Counted from the first letter of the stretch, positions 39,091 through 52,765 are shown. The stretch is 64,000 nt of DNA from the human T2T-CHM13v2.0 reference genome, Homo sapiens (GCF_009914755.1 NC_060929.1); one strand, 5' to 3'. Program-made: numbers and translations. Notes: generated by a model from the letters alone, not told the origin.

Positions 39091-40194
39091 AGATATGGGC
39101 CTTTAAGTAGACAATACACATGTGAATATTGGAAAATTAACTCCCTTGTCTTAGCAACTTTATTTTTTATGAAGTAGGCTCCTGAATCTTTCCTGTCTCA
39201 TCAATGAGTCTGTCCAGGCTCCAGGTGGTTCCAACTGAGGCCCTGGTTAAAAGGGTGTGAAGATTATTTGATTCCCAATTGGAAATACAGCTTTATCACC
39301 TGGAATTTTCCCTTAAAAGTTGATACCTAAAAGGAGAAAATAAAAATAAATACTTCTACCTCAGGGTACCAGAGGGTCTGGGGAATGAGATCTTTATGAT
39401 GTAATCTTAGTCTGAGGCAAACTGTGAGACCCTGAGCACATGCAAGTCACGTTCAAGGTCCTGCGAGTGGGAAAGAGGGTGATGAGCAGAAGTCAAGCTT
39501 AGGCTTCAACTTTTGCCATCGCTTAAATGGTAAATCCTCCATCTCTAAGAGTCACACTGCTACAAATTCACAACTTTTGTTTTGTAAGTCATTCATAATT
39601 CTTCATAAATGTTTTTTCTAAAAGACAAACTTTTTGGTGGCCTAGGCTCCACTTTAAGGGGAAAATGCAACACTGACTATATCTATTTATGAGGTGAACT
39701 GGACCTCCTGCTTCATAGAGGAAACATTTTTGAATGGTCAAACATAGTATTCCTGCTTGAATAGGAAAAATTGTAACTATGCATTTGGTATTTGTATTTT
39801 ATCCCCAAATTAGTGAGTTGCCTTTTTGACATTTTTTTCAAGGTAGCTTTATATTTATGTATAGCTTGCTTTTAAAAAATAAGCTGTTCTTATACTTCCC
39901 AACATTATATACCTAACTGTTCCTTAATTTAAAGCTCAGCTCATGTACAAGTTTTATTTTGCAATCAAGTTTTATTTACTTGTTTATAGAGTTTGGCTTG
40001 TCATTGCTTTTTGTCAGCTCTGCAAGGTTTGAGCCATTTGTAATCTTTGAATATTTACATAGTATCTATCTACCTACACCTATTTTTTATATAATGTATG
40101 GCAGTTGTAACCTAAAAGAGTAAAACAAAGATTTCAAGTGCCATGGAAGTCTAGGTCAAGAAGAGATGAGTTAGCATTTGGTGAACAAAAGTAT

Positions 40195-40785
40195 TCTAGT
40201 GGGCATCTACTGTCTGTCTTTCTTGCATCATTTTCTTCTTTCTCTGGATAGCAGAACTCCATGTTGATCTTTCCACTCCACTTTGTCTTAATAGAGCTAC
40301 AAGTCTCAGAGCCCTGCCCTCCTGGCTGCAGATTCAGGCCTGGATGATTGAAGCGCCACATCTACTTGGCCAGGATAGTTGATTCAAATGTGAACATCTA
40401 TTCCAAATCCAACAGAGAACTTCTCTGGAATATTTATATATGGACACAGAGAAAGGAGAATTTTTCTCCCTTTTTTGCTTTCATTTTGGATTGTGAGCCA
40501 TAAGAATGCCCGTCAGGAGTTATACCTACTTGTTCTGGCCAGATGGAAGAAGTCCAGATGGAAGAACATTTGCTAGGGGAAAAAAAAAAAAAACATAAGG
40601 CTACTGCCCAAGGAGAACATATCTAAAAAGGGAGCACAGTGACACATATTTAATGAGCCCTTAGAGACTGAATGCCACCTCTACCCTTTGATTTCCCAAC
40701 AAAATCCCTTTTCCTTTTCTTCGTATAAACTTGATAGAATTGGGTTTCCGTCATTTGAAACTGCCCAAGTGCTTGACTAATCCTT
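40195..40785 (+). mobile_element. Old ERVL-class LTR (LTR33/LTR16-like)
   Basis: 3' end ccaacaaaatccctttt...aattgggtttccgtcatttgaaac...gactaat; 5' ttcttctttctctggatagcagaactcc. Confidence 0.55.
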
Positions 40786-41850
40786 GGCCCCTTAGTTATC
40801 TTCCAAATCACACTAGGTGCATACATATCCTCCCCATGCATCCACAGTTGTCTGTGTTCCACTGAATTCTCTATCATATGAGCATCCAAACAGGTATGAT
40901 TTTATTAAATTAGTATCAGTGTAGTTACTCTAAAGAGAATATGAGTGATTTCAGCCTAGTATATTTTCCATAAGCCGTAGCCTTCTCCTGGAAGTATTCC
41001 TTGTTGAATAGTTCTTTGCCCTAGTGTTCAGACTTTAGTACTGGACTAGGACATTTGTCCACCGCTGGTGCATTTAGAGCCTCGATTTTACATTGCTGAA
41101 GACCTAGCACAATCAGAAGGAATGAGTTTCCTGGAGACTTGTCTTCTTTGTTCTCAAGATTACCAAAGGCCATTTTAGAAAGAAAATGATTATGAGGCTA
41201 CATGAAATGCAATAAGATTTTATAGCAATCAAGCCTGACTTTGGAAGGCAGCTGGAAAACAGGACACTCCTCCTCCCACCCTTTCTTCTCCCCAACAAAT
41301 GCCATATGTCTGTTCACAATGCATTCTGGCTAACTGCTATGTGGTTGACCTTCGATACTGAAAAAATACCAAAACACTTGGGACCTAATTTTCCTTTCAG
41401 CTCATTGTTATAGTCACATTTAATATGGTTGAGGGAAAACATGAAAATTATGACAAACCGGCCTGAAATTCTTTAAGGTAGTCCATCAATCAGACAGATC
41501 TCTGGATAATTCATAATACTTGTGATGGTTCAGAGAAGGAGGAGTCTTTGGGGCCCTTGAAAAATGATGCTTCTGTTGTCTAGGGGTGTGTTCAGAACCA
41601 CATCAGCATTTATGTCATCTGTAGAAAAACTAAAAAACATTAGGTTGGTGCAATTACTTTTGTGCCCACCTGATAGAACCTTTCCACTTCCTTTTTCTAT
41701 GAGCAATTAATTCAATTTCAGATTACTATATTGGATGCAGAACAGTTAATAGAGGAGTTTGCTAGTCCATGTGTGGCATAGCAGAATGAAGAGACTTTTT
41801 ATTGCATCTGTATAGTAAATGAAATTTCCTCCCCAAATTAAAATAGCTTT

Positions 41851-42298
41851 TGTGTTGGTTTCTTAGGGCTGCCATAACAAAGTCACAAACTAGGTGTCTT
41901 AAATGACAGGCATTTATTCTTTCACAGTTCTGGGGACTAGAAGTCTGAAATCAAGGTGTTGGCAGGGGCAACCACCCTCTGAAACCTGTAGAGGAGAACC
42001 TTTTATTGCTTCTTCCAGCTTTTGGTGTTTGCTGCCAATCTTGGCATTCTTTGGCTTGTAGATGCCTCACTCCGGTCTCCGCCTCCCCAGTTGCATGGCC
42101 ATCTTCTTCCTGAGTGTCTCTCTTATGAGTACAACAGTTATATTGGATCAGGGCCCACTCTAATTCAGAATGATCTCATTTTAACTTGATTTTTCAGATT
42201 ACATGCGCAAAGACTCTTTTCAAATAAGATGACATTCTGAGGTGCTATGAGTTAGGACTTTAACATATTTTGGAGAGAACATGATTTAACCCTTAACA
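41851..42298 (-). mobile_element. MLT1B/C MaLR LTR
   Basis: tgtgttggtttcttagggctgccataacaaag...cacagttctggggactagaagtctgaaatcaaggtgttggcaggg...acccttaaca. Confidence 0.9.
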
Positions 42299-42309
42299 GC
42301 TAAATTGTT

Positions 42310-42740
42310 GCCTGATTGTAAAACTAATACAATTAGTGAAAAAGAGAGGTATAAAGAAGAAATTAAAAATCATCTAGATTCCTCCCACCAAAAATAACCA
42401 TGTTAACAATTTGGTGGATGTCTTTTCAAATATTTCTCAAAACAAATGTTCTTTTCTTATACCGTCAGAAATAAGTCAAGTTCAAGGACAGAAGCAGTTG
42501 AAGATGTCTACAGTTTTGTGCAAATTATAACAAATGATGCTGTGATGTGTCTTTCTTCTTTCACTTTTTAGTTGCACTTGTGCAATTACTTCTTTAGGAT
42601 AAATGCTTAGAAATACAATGTCTGTGTAGAAGAAAAATATGCATTTTTATACATATTATCAAGTTATACACTAGAAAGAATGGAGTAACTCCATTCCCAC
42701 CAATAATGCATGAGAACTCCTGTTTCTCCCATCTTCTTTG
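42310..42740 (-). mobile_element. L1ME-type 3' fragment
   Basis: aataaccatgttaacaatttggtg; ttctttaggataaatgcttagaa; cattcccaccaataatgcatgaga. Confidence 0.6.
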
Positions 42741-42786
42741 TCCTTTAGATTACAAGTATTAGTATGATATATGTTAAAAACTTTAA

Positions 42787-43165
<379 letters not shown>

Positions 43166-46100
43166 CAAATCCATAATTTTAATCTAGTATTTTCACACTT
43201 TGATAAATTTCTAATTCTGACCCATCCACACATGTTTTTAGTACAGGGTATGGAATTGCAATCCAGAGATTCTGATTGAACTGAGTTTTATTTCTTTATT
43301 AAGTCACTCAAAATTACATTGTTTGGGAATGTGAATGGGAAATTTAGTGTGTTTCCTGTTTGCCTTTCCAAGAGATCAGTTTCATTTAATCAAAGGCCTT
43401 GTACTAATTCACAGAAAAATGCATACTCAAAAAGTAATCAGGGACATAATGTTGAGCCATGGTAATAAGCAGTACTTTTAGCTTCAGTACTCATAGTTAA
43501 TTGAATTTATCAACATTCTTGCTGTAACTAAACCCTTTTCTCTCCCATTCAGCCCATGAGGTTGTAAGAAAGTAAATGACATTACAGGGTTAATCTTGAC
43601 TCCATTTTAATGTGTTTTCTTTAAATTGCAATCTTGGCACATTTGGGCCTTTTGATTATCAGTAGTTGAAATTACTTGCCAACCATCTTTCAACTCTTTA
43701 GAATGGACTTGATGTTAAGACCCCTGGTTTAGAGAGGCACTCATTTTTTTTTTTTATAGCAGAAAGGCATAAGCTCAGAGAGAAGTATTCTTTCCCCAGA
43801 GAAAATCTGTAAGGAGTTATATGAGAGGATCCAAATCCAGCTTACTGAAACAAGCACTGTTTTCAGATAAAATGAAGACAATATCCCTTCGTATCTCTTT
43901 CCGTGATCCTTCACATGGATTCACTATTGAGGAACACTTGCTCCCAAAATACGCCCTTCTTCACACTGGCCTTTTACTGCTAACTTTGTATTGGATTGGT
44001 GGGTGATTCTGTCTATTCTTTCAGCCTCATTGACATGTGTTCAAGGAGAGGCAGCCCCAACACCTTGTCTCAAGTGGATGACATTTCCTGTCAGTAACTT
44101 GCTATTTAGCTACAGAGACCAGCCTCCTCATCCTTATCTCTTTAAAGGAGTAAATGAATACAAATTAAAGTTTTAATCTCAGACTGTAACATCAATAGTA
44201 TTTTCACTACAAGTAGTTCCATAATGGTCTCATTACTGCTCCTAAGTGCAATACGCTGAGACGTCTAAATTGCCGATTGCCACTACATATATTCTTTGAG
44301 AAAAGGTATCCAGGTAACCATGGCAATTGTGTCTCCAGGCAGGATGGGAGTGGGGTGGGAAACTATTTCATTAATTGAAGGGAAGAGATTGAAAAGAGAT
44401 TTTCAAGCTTTAGATCAGAGAGAGAAAGAAAGAAAAGGTAGATCCCACAACCTTATTTTGTTTTCATTATTAGATTATGCAACCCAAGGAAACGCCAAAC
44501 GATTTGAAAGGTTCAGAGAAATCACAAGATTAAATAACAGCAGCATTCTTAGCCTTTCCACATTATTACAGTGGTTGACCTGTACCAGATTTTCTTTGGC
44601 TGGGTTTTATATAGTTTGATTGAAATTCAATATATCTCCTGAGAAAGCAGAATTGTGTCCCATGATTTAAAGAGAAAAAAAAAGGAAGAATACTCACAGG
44701 AGCGGGAAGACTGTGTAGGTGGTATAAGAGCTCTATTTATTTCAAGTTGATAGCACCTGAAAAGGCTGATTTTATCAGTAAAATTCATTTGCAACCTTGC
44801 TTCCCTGCCCTTCCTCCACCCTTGGTAGTCCTCAACCTTTAAAACAATTTATTAAAGGTAAAGAAATACTGTGATGAAAAAAGGGCATCTAGATAATAGG
44901 GAAGAAGAAAACGAATGTCTGATCTGGTCTCTCAGAGGAGTCTAATAGTTTGTTTTCATTGAAAAGGTATGGCAAATTAGTGATTAGATCAGCTTCTGTT
45001 ATTTAACCAAAGATGCCCTCTTGTAACTTACTGTGTTGACTCTTTGACAAATATGTTCTAACTTAAGATTTGCAAAAACCTCATTTACACAGATAGACAA
45101 ACTGACTTCTAGTATACGTTAGCCATAGTTGGGGAATTATTTTTCAAATTAGGCCAACATACAGCACTTTAATGACCCATGTTAAATCTCTGTAACTCCT
45201 GATGAATACCTGCTTTGTACTCCCTACACACTATACTATCTAGTTAATTCAGGAAGAAAAATAGAAGACATTAGATGCAACTATTACCAAACAGGGTAGT
45301 GAGGACTTGGATATGTTCTTCAGGTTCCTTCCTCAAAATTTAAGTCCACTTTTCATCAATCACTGGGAGAGGCAATATAGGAAAATTTATTTACAGAAAT
45401 GAGGAAAGCAACCTAAAACTGGGTGGATAATTATTAACCAAATGGATTTTATTTTAAAACAAACATTTCTTTTCTGCCAAACAGATTTTTATCTTGGAAA
45501 GCAAATACTTTTCCAGAATTGGGCCAGAAATCATGGTCTGAATTGTAATAGTTGTTTGGGCACTGTCCAAGTCCGATATATTGACTACCTTGCTCCCCAC
45601 TGCAACCCAGAGGCTTTTCGTAACAAGAAGCTAAAGTTGTGCTGCTATAGCAGCTGCTGATGATGTTTTTTAAGGGCTGTGTGCCCAGGGTGCACCCACT
45701 GGAGAGGCAATAGGAAATAAAAATAGCAATTTGTTTTCCTAAAGTTTAGAGGACAGTGGGGGAAAGCATTTTCAGCCTTGTCATCAGGGATAACATAGTT
45801 TTATATTGTGTGCACATAAGTCTAATTTTTGAAGACAGAAAATCATTGTGTAAGGCAATTCGATTTGAGAAAGAATGTTACTGATGGTATGCAAGAAGAA
45901 CCATTGTTTCCAAGAATGAGCTGAGACACGTGTCAGATCTTTCTAATAGCCAGGTGTTACTATGGACCCCTGCCTAATGGTCAGTGTGTCGTCAGCTGCT
46001 GGCAACTCTTACCTTATAAAGACAAATATTGGGATTGTGCAGAGACTGAAGTGTGACCAGAGGCTGAGTGAGATTTGTTACATTTGGGCTATCGATTCTA

Positions 46101-47261
46101 ATTCACAATTTAGTTTTTGAGCCAAGCCAGCCGTTAGTCATGTGGATTCTATAAAATGATTTATCTAAAATCTCTTTATCCCTGTGTTCCCTTTTAACGC
46201 TGTAGCCGCTTAAGCAACAGCTTTACACAAAAGGACATACAATTAGCTAGTAGCGAGTATAGCCCAACTACCCCTGTGCACACTTCAGCAATCAACTTGA
46301 AGCAGTACCAGATGAAGAGAGACAAGTCTTTTTTTCCCATCTTTCAAAGGTGGCTCTGATATCTGTCTTCCCCCTGTCCCCCCACCACTGCTTGGAGTAT
46401 GATAGGACAACAGCAAGAGCTCACATGCCAAGTGATGCTTGAATTCATGGTAATTGCTCCTCCTTCCAAGTTCTGGGGTGTAAGTTAGAGTCTTTCATTG
46501 CAAGTTTCATTTTCAAAAGGCAGTGCAATCAATAGTGTTACTTTTCTGAGCCCCAAGTCTGTTGCTTAGTCTCAGCATCTCTGATGACTGTGGGTCTATT
46601 AGCATAAGCTAGAACTGTAAGTGGTGAATATTTTTATTATCTAAAATTACACTAGAACTGTTAGGCCGAAAGATTACAATTTGTCACTGAATGTGGATGT
46701 ATGGAGAATTGTATGTAGAGTATATAAAATCTTTTCTATGTCTAATTTGCATTGCAAATTGAGAAGCTAACCAGAGGTCTTGAGGAAATAACATAAATAA
46801 AACATGGCTTCACTACTGTAAATGCTCAATTCATGCCAGAGGAGGCCAAAGCCATTACAGAAGGATTGTTTCCATCTAAACAATTCCCATCTCACACACT
46901 TCCCTTCTAAAGTGGCTGCCAATAGGACGGGAATTGGGTGGTTGGGGTAGGGGTGGGGGTATCCGTTTAGACAGCTTTAAAAAATACTCAGCAGAGAAAG
47001 CCTGAGAGGGTGTTTCTCAAGAAAGCCAAAGTCAAGGCTCAATCCTGCATCTTGTTTTATGTTGAACATCCTCACAACTGAAGGAAAGACAGCAACCTGC
47101 TCTTCAGTTTCAGCCCCAAGGAACCAGAGATCTACACAAGGTCAGTAATCAGACAAAGCTCATTACTAAACGTTTAGGGAAAAATTCCATAATATGAGGC
47201 AGATGCCTTGGTTAGTTTACAGACAACATTCAGGATCTCTCAAAATGTGAACTTCAACTTC

Positions 47262-47780
47262 AGTGGATATTTGTTATATTTCTGCACAGCATTTATGCTC
47301 TCTTCTTGTGACAACAGCACCCCAATTCTACTTTGGGGTCTATCTCTTCATTATTCTACCTGCATGTGCTTTGCGCCTACTTCATAATTTCCAAAGCCTG
47401 AATATGTGGTTTAGACATCTGTGCAGTCTGCCCTCTAGTGATTGGATCAGGATCAACAGGGACCAGCACGTGACTGAAATCTGGTCAATGAAATTCATTT
47501 CCTGTTTTTTCTGGAACTGTTGGAGAAGTGGACTGTCTCAGTCGCTGAGCTTGGTGCTTTGTGTAATGAGATGATTGAGGCTTGGAGCTGCAGCCAGAGA
47601 ACAGAGCCAATGGGACAGAAGCCAAGTTGAGAGGCCAGAAGAAAGACACAAGGTGCCTAACTAAACATATGGTTTAAAGCCTTATATACCTGGGGCCAGC
47701 CCTATTTTGTGACTGCTTGATGAGGCAATACATTCTCTTGTTGCTCAAATCACTTAGACTTTCTGTGAGAGATCTAACGG
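47262..47780 (+). mobile_element. Old ERVL-class LTR (LTR16/33-like)
   Basis: ctcttcttgtgacaacagcacccc...gtgattggatcagg...cacgtgac...ggtcaatga; 3' tgaggcaatacattctcttgttgctcaa. Confidence 0.55.
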
Positions 47781-48274
47781 CCATATGCACCTTTCTCACC
47801 ACTGTCCTTTCACATCTCACCATCTACCACTTCCTTCTTTGGAGCCGCTGTAAGTGAACTTGGCTTAGCCATGCAACCCTGTGTTCTCATGAGTCCATGC
47901 TTTTGCTTATGCTACCACTTCATTAGGAATGCCCTTGCGTTCTCTTCTTTTCCTCAAGGCGAAATCCCACTAATCACCTTTCATGTTCAACCCAATCACC
48001 TTCTCTGTAAAGGGATTCCTAATGAAGTGGTAGCATAAGCAAAGGCATGCACTCATGAGACCACAGGGTTGTGTGGCTAAGCCAAGTTCTCTTCATTCAT
48101 ATTTTTCCCCTACTCCTCTCAAGGCAAAATTTAAAACTTGCCATGCTGTGTTCATATAATCGTTTCCCTTACCCTATAAACCCTTAACACTTTATGCAAA
48201 TACTTTTTGAGACTGTCTGTCTCTCCCATGAGGCTTTAAGACTGGGGACTATGTTTATTCAACATTCAGAGGCA

Positions 48275-48542
48275 GGAAACATTGTTACGGGCATGAGCTG
48301 TCTTTGGATGCAGACTGCCTGGGTTTAAACACTGGCTCTGCTGCTTCCTAGGTGTTTGGCTTAAATATATTATCTACTCTGTCTGTGCCTTGGTTTCCTC
48401 ATTTATACAACGAGGGATAATGTTAATACCTATTTGTCTTATAGGTTAGTTGGGAGGATGAAATGACTTAATGCATGTGAAGTCCTTGATACTGTTCCTG
48501 GAAGATGGTAAAATTTCAATAAATATTAGCTATTATTATTAT
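48275..48542 (+). mobile_element. Near full-length MIR inside L2 remnants
   Basis: cagactgcctgggtttaaacactggctctgc...ctgtgccttggtttcctcattt...aataaatattagctattattatt. Confidence 0.88.
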
Positions 48543-49258
48543 ATTTCTAGTTTCTAATAGTGCCTGATGTAGGTACACAAAAATATAAATGTAACAATGA
48601 AAAGAAGGCTTAAATTCTTTAAGTCTTATATATTAAGTAGAAAACAAAGGGAAAAAAAGAAATAACTTAATCTTTATAATTTTGTTTTCTTAAATTCATG
48701 TGTTCCTATGAGAAATCATGAATCATTAAAGGAAATTTGGCTGATTTGGGGAGATTTGTTCATATTCATTCATTTGGTGCAAAAACTTCTATTAAGAGGG
48801 CATTATGATTGGACTTGAGAGTTAAAATTAAGATAATATCCTTACTTTCAAGAGGCTCATGGTTTAGTAGATACATTTGACAGGTAAATAAGTAACTATA
48901 ATTGAGTGAATGTGCAACAACAGAAGTATGCACACATACCATGAGGGCATAGAGTAATGTTTCCTGAAACTGCTGTACATAAGACTCATCTAAGGACTTT
49001 GCTAAAAATCACAGAATCTCAGAAAGGGCACCCATGGAGCTTCTGAAACACTGGGTTTGGGGTCATGTATCTGTACTTGTAACAGAACTTCATGGGTAAT
49101 TCCTGGCATAAAAGACAGGATAATAACTTTTTGCCTGAATAGGTCAAGGAATGCTGCATGGTGAAGGTGATACATGTGCTAGGTACTTACAGATGATTAG
49201 GAGTTTGCTAACATTTGACATGAGTGGTACTATTAAGCTTCAAGAATAGTTTTTTTTT

Positions 49259-50345
49259 ACAATCAACAAAGTGAAGAGACAACCAACATAATGGGAGAAA
49301 ATATTTGCAAACTATCTATCCAACATGAGATTAATAACCAGAACATATAAGGAGCTCAAACAACTCAATGGGAAAAAAATCTAATAATTTGATTTTAAAA
49401 ATTGACAAGAGTTCTGAATAGACATTTCTCCAAAGAAGACATACAAATGACAAATAGGCATATATAAAAGTGCTCAATGTCATTGATCATCTGAGAAATG
49501 CAAATCCAAACTACAATGAGATATCATCTCACCCCAGTTAAAATAAAAACCAGTTATAATGGTTTTTATCCAGACAGGCAATAACAAATGCCACTGAGGA
49601 AGTAGAGAAAAGGCAAGCCTCTTATGCTGTTGGTGGGGATGTAAATTAGTACAACCACTAGGTAGAACAGTATGTAGATTCCTCAAAAAACTAAAAATAG
49701 AGCTACTATATAATCCAGCTCTACCTAGCAGGTATATCCCCAAAGAAAGGAAATCAGTACATCAAAGAGCTATCTGGACTCCCATGTTTATTTCAGCACT
49801 ATTAACAGTATCAAAGATTTGGAAGCAGCCTAAGTGTCCATCAACAGATGAATAAAGAAAACATGGTACCTATACACAATAAAATACTATTCAGCCATAA
49901 AAAAGAATGAAATTCTGTCATTTGCAACAACATGGATGGAACTAGAGTACATTATGTTAAGTAAAATAAGCCAGGCACAGAAAGACAAACAATTGAACTC
50001 ATGGAGACAGAGAGTAGAATGATGGTTACCAGAGGCTGGGAAGGGTAGTGGGGATAGGAGTGGGGATTAATGGGTACAAAAATATAATTAGAAAAAATAA
50101 GTAAGAGCCAGTATTTGATAGCACAACAGAATGATTACTGTCAACAATAATTTATTGTACTTTAAAAAATAGCTAAAAGGATATAATTGGAAGGTTTGTA
50201 ACGCAAAGAAATGATGAATGCTTGAGGAGATGGGCACCCCATTTATCCCGATGTGATTATTATGCATTGTATGCCTGTATTAAAATATCTCATGTACCTC
50301 ATAAATATATATACCTACATTTTACCTGTAAAAATTAAAAATAAG
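49259..50345 (+). mobile_element. L1MA (MA2-MA4-like) ORF2 end and 3'UTR
   Basis: aatcaacaaagtgaagagacaacc...agtagaatgatggttaccagaggctgggaagggtag...catgtacctcataaatatatatacc. Confidence 0.92.
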
Positions 50346-51245
50346 GCAATCAGGGAACTTTGAACATGATAGATAATTTATGTTAAAGAAGTACTGTTAG
50401 CTTTTTAAAGCACCATTAAAAAAATGAATAGCTTTGCTGATATCACTGCCAAAGACAGAGCACAGAGCCTGACAGTTGTTCTACTTATCCAAAATTATGT
50501 CACATTTTTAAAAAAAAATTTAAGTTTCAAGTTGGCAGCACAGTGAATCACCTGGAAAGACCTTGAAATATGGTGACATTTGGGGCCCATCCCCTGAAGT
50601 TCAGGTTCAACTGCTCTGAGACAAGGCCAAACATCAGTACTTTTCCAAGTACTGACAGCTCTTTTTAATGCTTTTAAAAGGTAGTGAAAATAAATATACA
50701 GCCAAAGAGTCACTGTTTAGGCTGTACATAGTATCCCTAGAAAGACTGTAAGTGCTGGACCTAACATCACAGGTTGTATGCTCCCAGATGCCAAGACAGA
50801 CCAAGTCTCTTGCTTGAATAAATGTCAAAAGAGGGTGACTAAAGTCATGGTATAATTTCCAAGGTTTACATGAACAAATTAATGCTGTTAGCACAAAATA
50901 GGATACAAACAACATAGGTATGCCATTTACCAGGTAATTAACAGATATATAAGAAATATTTAATTCTTAGTGCCAAAAATTTTCGGCAATATGGATAAAA
51001 CACTAAAGGGTGTAAATACAGTCATCTTTAAATCCTGGTATACTATGATGGTATACAACCTCAGGTAGAGATAAGGTCAAGCATCTAAATTTGAGATTTT
51101 TCATGATTGAAAGACCCAGGCAAATGGCCCTTCTATCTAAGACCTCACTTACCACTTGGCAGTTCTTCAAATTCACTCCTGGAGATGAACTCCAGATTTA
51201 AATAAAGCATTATTTCTGAGAATGGTACTCTGGAATCTCTTTTTT

Positions 51246-51417
51246 GTTTGTTTTTTTTTAATATCAGCTTTATTGAGGTATAATATACAATAGAATGTAT
51301 GCATTTTAAGTGTACAGTTTGATGGGTTTTGATAATTATTATACCCATGTAACCAGTAACCACCAACACAGTTAAGATATAGAACATTTCCATTCCCCGT
51401 TTAAAGTTCCTCATGCC
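51246..51417 (-). mobile_element. Old L1M 3' tip (possibly a transduced segment)
   Basis: cagctttattgaggtataat...ttttaagtgtacagtttgatg...aagatatagaacatttccat. Confidence 0.85.
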
Positions 51418-52036
51418 TTTTTTTTTTTAAAATTAAGTTCCAGTGTATATGTGCAGGATGTGCAGGTTTGTTACATAGGTAAATATGTGCCATGGTGATT
51501 TGCTGCACCTATCAACCCACCACCTAAGTATTAAGCCCGGTATGCATTAGCTATTTTTCCTGATGCTCTCCCCCATCTCCCGACAGGTCCCTCCCAATAG
51601 GCCCCAGTGTGTTTTTCTTCTCCCTGAGTTCATGTGTTCTCATTGTTCAGCTCTCACTTATAAGTGAAAACCTGAGGTGTTTGGTTTTCCGTTCCTGTGT
51701 TAGTTTGCTGAGGATAATGAGTCCAAGCTTCATCCATGTCCCTGCAAAGGACATGATCTCATTCCTTTTTATGGCTGCATAATATTGCATGGTATATAGG
51801 TACCACATTTTTAAAATCCGGTCTACCACTGATGGGCATTTGGGTTGATTCCATGTGTTTGCTATTGTGAATAGTGTAGCAATGAACCTATGCATACATG
51901 TATCTTTATAATACAATGATTTATATACCTTTGGGTATATACCCAGTAATGGGATTGCTGGGTCAAATGGTGTTTCTGGTTCTAAATCTTTGGAGAATCG
52001 CCACAGTGTCTTCCACAATGGTTGAACTAATTTACA
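51418..52036 (-). mobile_element. L1PA10-like 3' end, 5'-truncated
   Basis: ORF 51647-52018 is the L1 ORF2p C-terminus ([14 protein letters not shown]...); 3'UTR motifs as in 685-1136. Confidence 0.95.
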
Positions 52037-52339
52037 TAGAATCTTTTTTTTTTTTTTTTTTTAAAGCTCCTCAGTGACTTAATGTAGGTGATCCACCCTG
52101 GCATTAGAGGATCATGGAAATTTATAATCTTTGGCACTTTTGTAATGCTAAGATTCTACAAATAAAATTCTACCTATATGAGTAAACTGAAAATATTATT
52201 ATCATGATCTTCAATATCTTCCCATGGGAGTAAAGGAATAACTCTCCCTTTCTTTCTTGCCCTGTTGATTTTTTAAATCCTTTTTTTGGGATGACCAAGT
52301 CCTTTGTAATGATCACTTATTATTACAAACCAAGATAAA

Positions 52340-52765
52340 CAACACCATAAAGTACTTGTGGTGATTTTTTTTTCTCCATCCATTCACTCTTTTTGACAGA
52401 CAACAGCATCCTGCTGGGGCACCTCTTTTCCATCACTGTGTGTGATCTTAGTGAGGCTGTCAATCAGGATGCCTTGAATGTGATCCAAGTTAAAATGATC
52501 ACGTTGTCTCTCTCAAGACTTTGGGTATTGAGCTGAGCTACACAAGGATGGGGAAAAAAAGTTGGGGTCGATTAATTCCTGGAATAGCTTTCAGATGGGA
52601 CAGTCAATTGGATACATAGACACCCTAGCTGCCCAGTTCCAACCCTTTCTCAGCTAGATTTTCAATGTGCTGAACTACCTATGTTCTGCCAACAATGTCC
52701 TGTTTTGCTAGCTTTAGCCAGGATCAGTTTCCGTTGCTTGCAACTGAAGAACTCTATAAGGTACA
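52340..52765 (+). mobile_element. Old ERVL-class LTR fragment
   Basis: 3' end gttttgctagctttagccaggatcagtttccgttgcttgcaactgaagaactct. Confidence 0.5.

Larger units (their letters stand above)
51140..52110. mobile_element. MER5-type hAT MITE split by an L1 composite insertion
   Basis: Left half ends tggaatct; right half resumes gaatc(T)n aaagctcctcagtgacttaatgtag, fitting MER5 ggaatct...aagctccccaggtgattc. Confidence 0.55.
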
